This document shows, piece by piece, positions 16,969-20,000 of a stretch of 20,000 bases of DNA. Below the pieces are notes generated by a model. That model searched no databases, was not told the DNA's origin, and saw only the letters and a program-made list of their open reading frames with translations. Origin of the DNA: an uncultured virus (IMG/VR IMGVR_UViG_3300030580_000287) (lineage: Duplodnaviria > Heunggongvirae > Uroviricota > Caudoviricetes); the IMG/VR virus record IMGVR_UViG_3300030580_000287; one strand, 5' to 3'. The translations under genes and the position numbers were made by a program. Within the stretch, counting starts at the first letter, position 1. Each line of letters opens with the position of its first letter.

Positions 16969-19539
16969 ATGGCTTCCGTTTCCCAGCAACTAGGCTCCAA
17001 TCCGCCCACCTCCGCCACGCGTCTGAGCCTGCCGGTGGAAGGCATGACGTGCGCTTCGTGCGTCGGTCGCGTCGAGCGCGCGCTGAAAGCAGTCCCCGGC
17101 GTGCAGACCGCTATGGTGAATCTCGCCACCGAGCGCGCCGACGTCACCTTCGGCGGCGTGGCCGATCCGCAGGCGGCGGTGCGGGCTATCGAGGGTGCCG
17201 GCTACAGCGTCCGCGAAGAGACCACTGAACTGGCGATCGAAGACATGACCTGCGCTTCGTGTGTGGGGCGGGTTGAAAAGGCGCTGGCGAAAATCCCGGG
17301 TGTGCTTGAGGCCACTGTCAATTTAGCGACCGAGCGCGCCCGGGTGCGCCACTTGGCAGGAGTGGTCTCGATTGTCGACCTTGAAACGGCAGTCCAGCAG
17401 GCGGGTTATACCGCGCGGCGCTTGTCTGCCGAGACGGCGAATGCAAGCGATCAGGACACTGAGCGTCGCGAGGGCGAAACGCGGGCGCTGCGGCGTTCGT
17501 TGCTGATTGCCGGTGTCCTGACCTTACCTGTGTTTATCCTCGAGATGGGCTCGCACCTGGTTCCCGCGATGCATCATTGGGTGATGGGCGTTCTGGGCCA
17601 GCAGACGAGTTGGTATCTGCAGTTCGTGCTCGCCACTCTGGTTCTGTTCGGCCCGGGTCTGCGCTTTTTCCGCAAAGGCGTACCCGCGTTGCTGCGCGGT
17701 GCCCCCGACATGAACTCGCTGGTCTCGGTCGGCACGGCGGCGGCATACGGCTATTCGCTGGTCGCGACTGTCGTCCCCAACGTGCTGCCGCCGGGCACCG
17801 CCAACGTCTATTTCGAAGCCGCAGCGGTGATCGTGACCTTGATCCTGCTCGGCCGCACGTTGGAGGCGGGTGCCAAGGGGCGAACGTCCCAGGCGATCAA
17901 GCGGCTGGTGGGGCTTCAAGCCAAGACCGCACGTGTCGAGCGCAACGGTGAAACGCTCGAGGTGCCGCTTGATCAGGTGACGACCGGTGACATCGTGCTG
18001 GTTCGTCCGGGCGAAAAGGTGCCGGTGGACGGCGAGGTCGTCGAGGGCGCCTCTTATGTGGATGAAAGTATGATCAGCGGCGAGCCGGTGCCTGTGTCCA
18101 AAGGGGTAGGCGCCGAAGTCGTCGGTGGCACGATCAACAAGACCGGGGCTTTCAGCTTCCGCGTTACCAAGGTCGGTGCCAATACCGTGCTGGCGCAGAT
18201 CATCCGCCTGGTCGAGCAAGCGCAGGGTTCCAAGCTGCCGATCCAGGCGCTGGTGGACAAAGTGACCATGTGGTTCGTCCCGGCGGTGATGGCGGCGGCC
18301 ACGCTGACCTTCCTGGTCTGGCTGATCTTCGGTCCGGCTCCGGCGCTGACCTTTGCGCTGGTCAATGCGGTCGCGGTGCTGATTATTGCCTGCCCGTGTG
18401 CCATGGGGCTGGCCACGCCGACCTCGATCATGGTTGGCACCGGCCGCGCGGCTGAACTTGGCGTGCTCTTTCGCAAGGGCGAAGCCTTGCAGGCGCTGCG
18501 GGATGTGAGCGTGATTGCGCTCGACAAGACCGGCACGCTGACCAAAGGACGCCCCGAGCTGACGGACCTGGTGCCGGCTGAGGGCTTTGAATACAACGAA
18601 GTGCTGGCGCTGGTTGCGGCCATCGAGACGCGCTCCGAGCACCCGATTGCCGAAGCCATCGTCGCCGCCGCCAAGCAGCGGGATATCACACTCGCGCCTA
18701 TCGAGGAGTTTGACGCAACACCGGGCTACGGCGTGTCGGCCAAGGTGGCCGGCCGCACGGTGGCTGTCGGCGCAGACCGGTTCATGACGCAACTCGGTCT
18801 TGATGTGAAGGGTTTTGTGGCCACCGCCGAGCGTCTCGGCGCACAAGGCAAGAGCCCGCTCTATGCCGCCATCGACGGCCGCTTGGCGGCGGTGATTGCG
18901 GTCGCCGATCCGATCAAAGAGTCGACGCCCGAGGCGATCAAGGCGTTGCATGCGCTGGGGCTCAAGGTGGCGATGATCACCGGCGACAATGCAGCAACGG
19001 CGGCGGCGATCGCCAAGCAACTGGGGATCGACGAAGTGGCGGCCGAAGTCCTGCCTGACGGCAAGGTCGCGGCGCTGAAGAAATTCCGCATCAATGGTGC
19101 GCGGGTCGCCTTCGTCGGTGATGGTATCAACGATGCGCCGGCACTCGCCGAAGCGGACGTCGGGCTCGCCATCGGCACGGGGACCGATGTGGCGATCGAG
19201 GCTGCTGACGTGGTGTTGATGTCGGGCGACCTGCGTGGTGTACCGAATGCCATCGCACTCAGTCAGGCGACGATCCGCAACATCAAGCAGAACCTGTTCT
19301 GGGCCTTTGCCTACAACGCCGTGCTGATTCCGGTCGCGGCAGGTGCGCTGTACCCGGTGAACGGCACGCTGCTGTCGCCGATCTTCGCGGCGGCCGCGAT
19401 GGCGCTCTCCAGTGTCTTCGTGTTGGGTAACGCGCTGCGGCTCAAGCGTTTCCAGGCGCCCATGACGGTTGAAGCACGCACCGAGACGCAGGGGCGCGGG
19501 GCGGCATCGTCCAAGTCACAGATGGTGAATGAGCATTGA
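16969..19539 (+). CDS. copA: Cu(I)-translocating P1B-1 ATPase
   Basis: Two MTCASC HMA domains, [22 protein letters not shown] and MALSS motifs; RBS AGGGG before ATG 16969. Confidence 0.95.
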   Translation: MASVSQQLGSNPPTSATRLSLPVEGMTCASCVGRVERALKAVPGVQTAMVNLATERADVTFGGVADPQAAVRAIEGAGYSVREETTELAIEDMTCASCVGRVEKALAKIPGVLEATVNLATERARVRHLAGVVSIVDLETAVQQAGYTARRLSAETANASDQDTERREGETRALRRSLLIAGVLTLPVFILEMGSHLVPAMHHWVMGVLGQQTSWYLQFVLATLVLFGPGLRFFRKGVPALLRGAPDMNSLVSVGTAAAYGYSLVATVVPNVLPPGTANVYFEAAAVIVTLILLGRTLEAGAKGRTSQAIKRLVGLQAKTARVERNGETLEVPLDQVTTGDIVLVRPGEKVPVDGEVVEGASYVDESMISGEPVPVSKGVGAEVVGGTINKTGAFSFRVTKVGANTVLAQIIRLVEQAQGSKLPIQALVDKVTMWFVPAVMAAATLTFLVWLIFGPAPALTFALVNAVAVLIIACPCAMGLATPTSIMVGTGRAAELGVLFRKGEALQALRDVSVIALDKTGTLTKGRPELTDLVPAEGFEYNEVLALVAAIETRSEHPIAEAIVAAAKQRDITLAPIEEFDATPGYGVSAKVAGRTVAVGADRFMTQLGLDVKGFVATAERLGAQGKSPLYAAIDGRLAAVIAVADPIKESTPEAIKALHALGLKVAMITGDNAATAAAIAKQLGIDEVAAEVLPDGKVAALKKFRINGARVAFVGDGINDAPALAEADVGLAIGTGTDVAIEAADVVLMSGDLRGVPNAIALSQATIRNIKQNLFWAFAYNAVLIPVAAGALYPVNGTLLSPIFAAAAMALSSVFVLGNALRLKRFQAPMTVEARTETQGRGAASSKSQMVNEH

Positions 19540-19561
19540 TTCTGGGTTGAAGCGATAAAAA

Positions 19562-19596
19562 GTGTTTGACCTTGCCACGAGGTCAAACACCATTTT
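19562..19596 (+). promoter_or_regulatory. Putative CueR-type promoter of copZ, overlapping an 11-bp inverted repeat
   Basis: TTGACC 19566-19571, 19-bp spacer, CATTTT; GTGTTTGACCT-N7-AGGTCAAACAC. Confidence 0.65.
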
Positions 19597-19629
19597 ATTC
19601 GGACACAGTTATTCACCAGGAGATCAACG

Positions 19630-20000
19630 ATGCTGCGTTTCCACATTCCAAACATGACCTGCGGCGGTTGCGCCAGATCCGTTACCAAGATGCTGCTGAG
19701 CGTCGACCCACAAGCGCGTATTGAAACCGACCCGTCCACCCGCTTGGCACGGGTCGACAGCGCCTTGGAACACAGCGCTTTCCTCGCAGCACTTAGCGAG
19801 GCCGGGTACCCGCTGCCGAGGCACGAGGCTGCGATGGGCTGCGCAGCAGCCCCCCCCGAGGGCGGTCCTGCGGACACGCATCGCAGCCTCGTACCTCGGC
19901 AGCGGCTACAGAACCTCAGGGCTTTGAGGTTGTGCAGATGCTTCTGCTTTAGAGACTGTCGCCACGCCATACCGGATAAGCATCACCGTCAATCGCCCAG
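19630..20000 (+). CDS. copZ: Copper chaperone (HMA domain); native part ends about 19812, stop codon lost, frame runs off the window
   Basis: RBS AGGAG; MLRFHIPNMTCGGCARSV...LSEAGYP, then in-frame read-through into REPIN sequence with no stop before 20000 (so absent from the ORF track). Confidence 0.85.
   Translation, partial: MLRFHIPNMTCGGCARSVTKMLLSVDPQARIETDPSTRLARVDSALEHSAFLAALSEAGYPLPRHEAAMGCAAAPPEGGPADTHRSLVPRQRLQNLRALRLCRCFCFRDCRHAIPDKHHRQSP
19810..19911. repeat. REPIN copy 2, inverted relative to copy 1, left arm lacking its outer CTGTAG
   Basis: CCGCTGCCGAGGCACGAGGCTGCGATG ... CATCGCAGCCTCGTACCTCGGCAGCGGCTACAG; spacer approximates the reverse complement of the copy-1 spacer. Confidence 0.85.

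Noticed and set aside
16788..17228. 146-aa ORF
   Set aside because: Chimera of the mexQ remnant frame running through the OMF fragment and off-frame copA
17524..19020. 498-aa minus-strand ORF
   Set aside because: Antisense shadow of copA
19949..20000. Possible 3' end of a convergent minus-strand gene (WAIDGDAYPVWRGDSL*)
   Set aside because: Too short at the window edge to support

Overview
Pseudomonas-like DNA in two parts. (1) 1-13086 is the right end of a siphovirus-type prophage. It holds the 3' end of a tape-measure gene (apparently broken by foreign DNA at about 1-147), distal-tail, DUF1833-like, NlpC/P60 and TipJ-like genes, and an SGNH-esterase tailspike. A low-GC HExxH (Lit/peptidase U49-like) moron follows, then a GH19 endolysin with Rz/Rz1 spanins. 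An accessory end region carries a cytochrome P460 + DUF417 pair that seems to have displaced rulAB/umuDC (only the last 38 codons of rulB remain), a small conserved phage ORF and an unknown exported 393-aa protein. The prophage ends at a duplicated 3' half of tRNA-Pro(GGG), the att core. (2) 13087-20000 holds a Tat-exported PlcN-type phospholipase C and a collapsed CueR-type copper module between two oppositely oriented REPIN copies. In that module mexP is internally deleted, mexQ is truncated and fused to a short opmE-like fragment, copA is intact, and copZ has lost its stop codon by fusion to the REPIN. All family assignments come from motif recognition; no searches were run.
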